From: Podarcis filfolensis
Taxonomy: Eukaryota
NCBI GenBank assembly: GCA_964270895.1
Contig: OZ185447.1
Direction: 5' to 3' (one strand)
DNA: 64,000 nucleotides
The notes under the pieces were generated by a model that had not been told where the DNA came from, did no database searches, and worked only from the letters and a program-made list of their open reading frames with translations. Within the stretch, counting starts at the first letter, position 1. The number at the start of each line of letters is the position of its first letter. The position numbers and the translations under genes were made by a program. Shown one piece after another: positions 62,935-64,000 of the stretch.

Positions 62935-63671
62935 CTACAAGCAGACAGAATCAAAGACATATGATAAACTGGTGCAGAATTAAGACCCAAGACTGCCACA
63001 GTATAAATCTTTTGGATTGTTATCTTAGACTGAATTTGTAACATGCCCATACTGAAATTTTAGGTTTGCAACACTAAGATTAAAAAGAGGAACCCATTTT
63101 TCCTTCTGACACTATTTTTTCTTTTTACTACCATGGTGATAGGCAGTGTATGTCACAGGATAGACAGCTGGTCTTGGATATGGGAGCCTGGAAATCCAGT
63201 ACCACCTCCTCATTGGACTTTAGCAGTCAATCTTTCAACCCCAGTTCCTCAAAGACCCAAGGTGGTTTGTTGGGTTTGTTTGTTTATCTTTCAGTTTTAA
63301 GACTCTGGATTCCATAATGCTACCTTTGGAAACTTAAATAGCAATTCAAATTAAAGAAATGTAACATGCAAGCTTCTTTATTAATAAGCAACTATTTCTA
63401 TAGACTGCTTTAGGGTACAGTGAGTTTGGCTGTGTTTGTTGCATTCATCTTCATGTGAGCCCTTTAAACTTGATCATAATCTGCCATATTTACAGAGGGT
63501 GGAACTGAGGCTGTTGTGGCTTATCACGGGAATAGCTAGTGGATCTGTGATTCAAGTAAGATTTGAACTCAGTTCCTTCCAAGTTCAATGTTCTACTTCC
63601 TGAACAGTATTGCTGCTTAGGACATCAACAGGTAAATGCTGGGTTCATTCAGTAAGGCAAACTTCTCTTAC

Positions 63672-63746
63672 CAGTACATCCCTGCCATCTTTGAAAGATC
63701 AAGCTCCAAGGACTGAAGAGCCAAGTACATTTTAGTTTTCAGTTTG
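63672..63746 (-). CDS. MED1: MED1 coding exon (75 nt): KLKTKMYLALQSLELDLSKMAGMY(W). Most 5' MED1 exon in the window; upstream exons lie beyond 64000
   Basis: Peptide matches MED1. Acceptor ttttttctccttAG, donor GTaaga, phase 2 to 2. Confidence 0.96.
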
Positions 63747-64000
63747 CTAAGGAGAAAAAATAAAATATTATTTTAAAATTGGTACAGAAAAAAAGACAGA
63801 AAGATGCTTTGACGTGGCAATCCTATACACATTAACCTGGGAGTAGGTCTTTTTGAACTCACTGGGACTTCCTTCCAGTATACATGTATAGAACTGCACT
63901 GTGAGTCATGCAGAATTGCACTGTGAGCCAACGGGAGCACTGTCCAACCAGTAGCAGCCTTCCATGGAAGGTCGCTCAACTGTTATCATACAAGATCACA

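Noticed and set aside
1-64000. CRISPR arrays, operons, tRNA/rRNA/snoRNA genes, endogenous viral genes
   Set aside because: This is eukaryotic intron-rich DNA with no regularly spaced repeat-spacer arrays. The only tRNA-like sequences are SINE heads, and no viral protein motifs were seen.

Overview
Vertebrate genomic DNA, not prokaryotic. The repeat content (Bov-B/RTE, CR1, L2, L1, tRNA-SINEs, many Tc1/mariner and hAT MITEs) points to a squamate, probably a lacertid lizard (inference). Two minus-strand genes lie in the tandem order known from mammals. (1) The 3' part of MED1 (Mediator subunit 1): nine short coding exons at 63746-56023 and the giant terminal exon at 54157-50884, which holds both LxxLL NR boxes and the Ser-rich IDR. 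Its roughly 3.2 kb 3'UTR probably ends near 47670. (2) The 5' part of FBXL20 (SCRAPPER): a CpG-island promoter at about 44400-45310 and coding exons 1-5 (44474 down to 4301). All exons were rebuilt by hand with GT-AG boundaries and consistent phases. The rest is intron and spacer full of TE fragments. Most notable oddities: a perfect 19-nt tandem duplication that copies a MED1 5' splice site and creates a frameshifting second donor; a run of 20 Ser codons in the MED1 IDR; a candidate alternative MED1 terminal exon inside the 3'UTR; and a decayed Penelope-type hammerhead relic. I found no convincing new multi-gene system, RNA gene or CRISPR array. Almost all ORFs in the supplied track are spurious.
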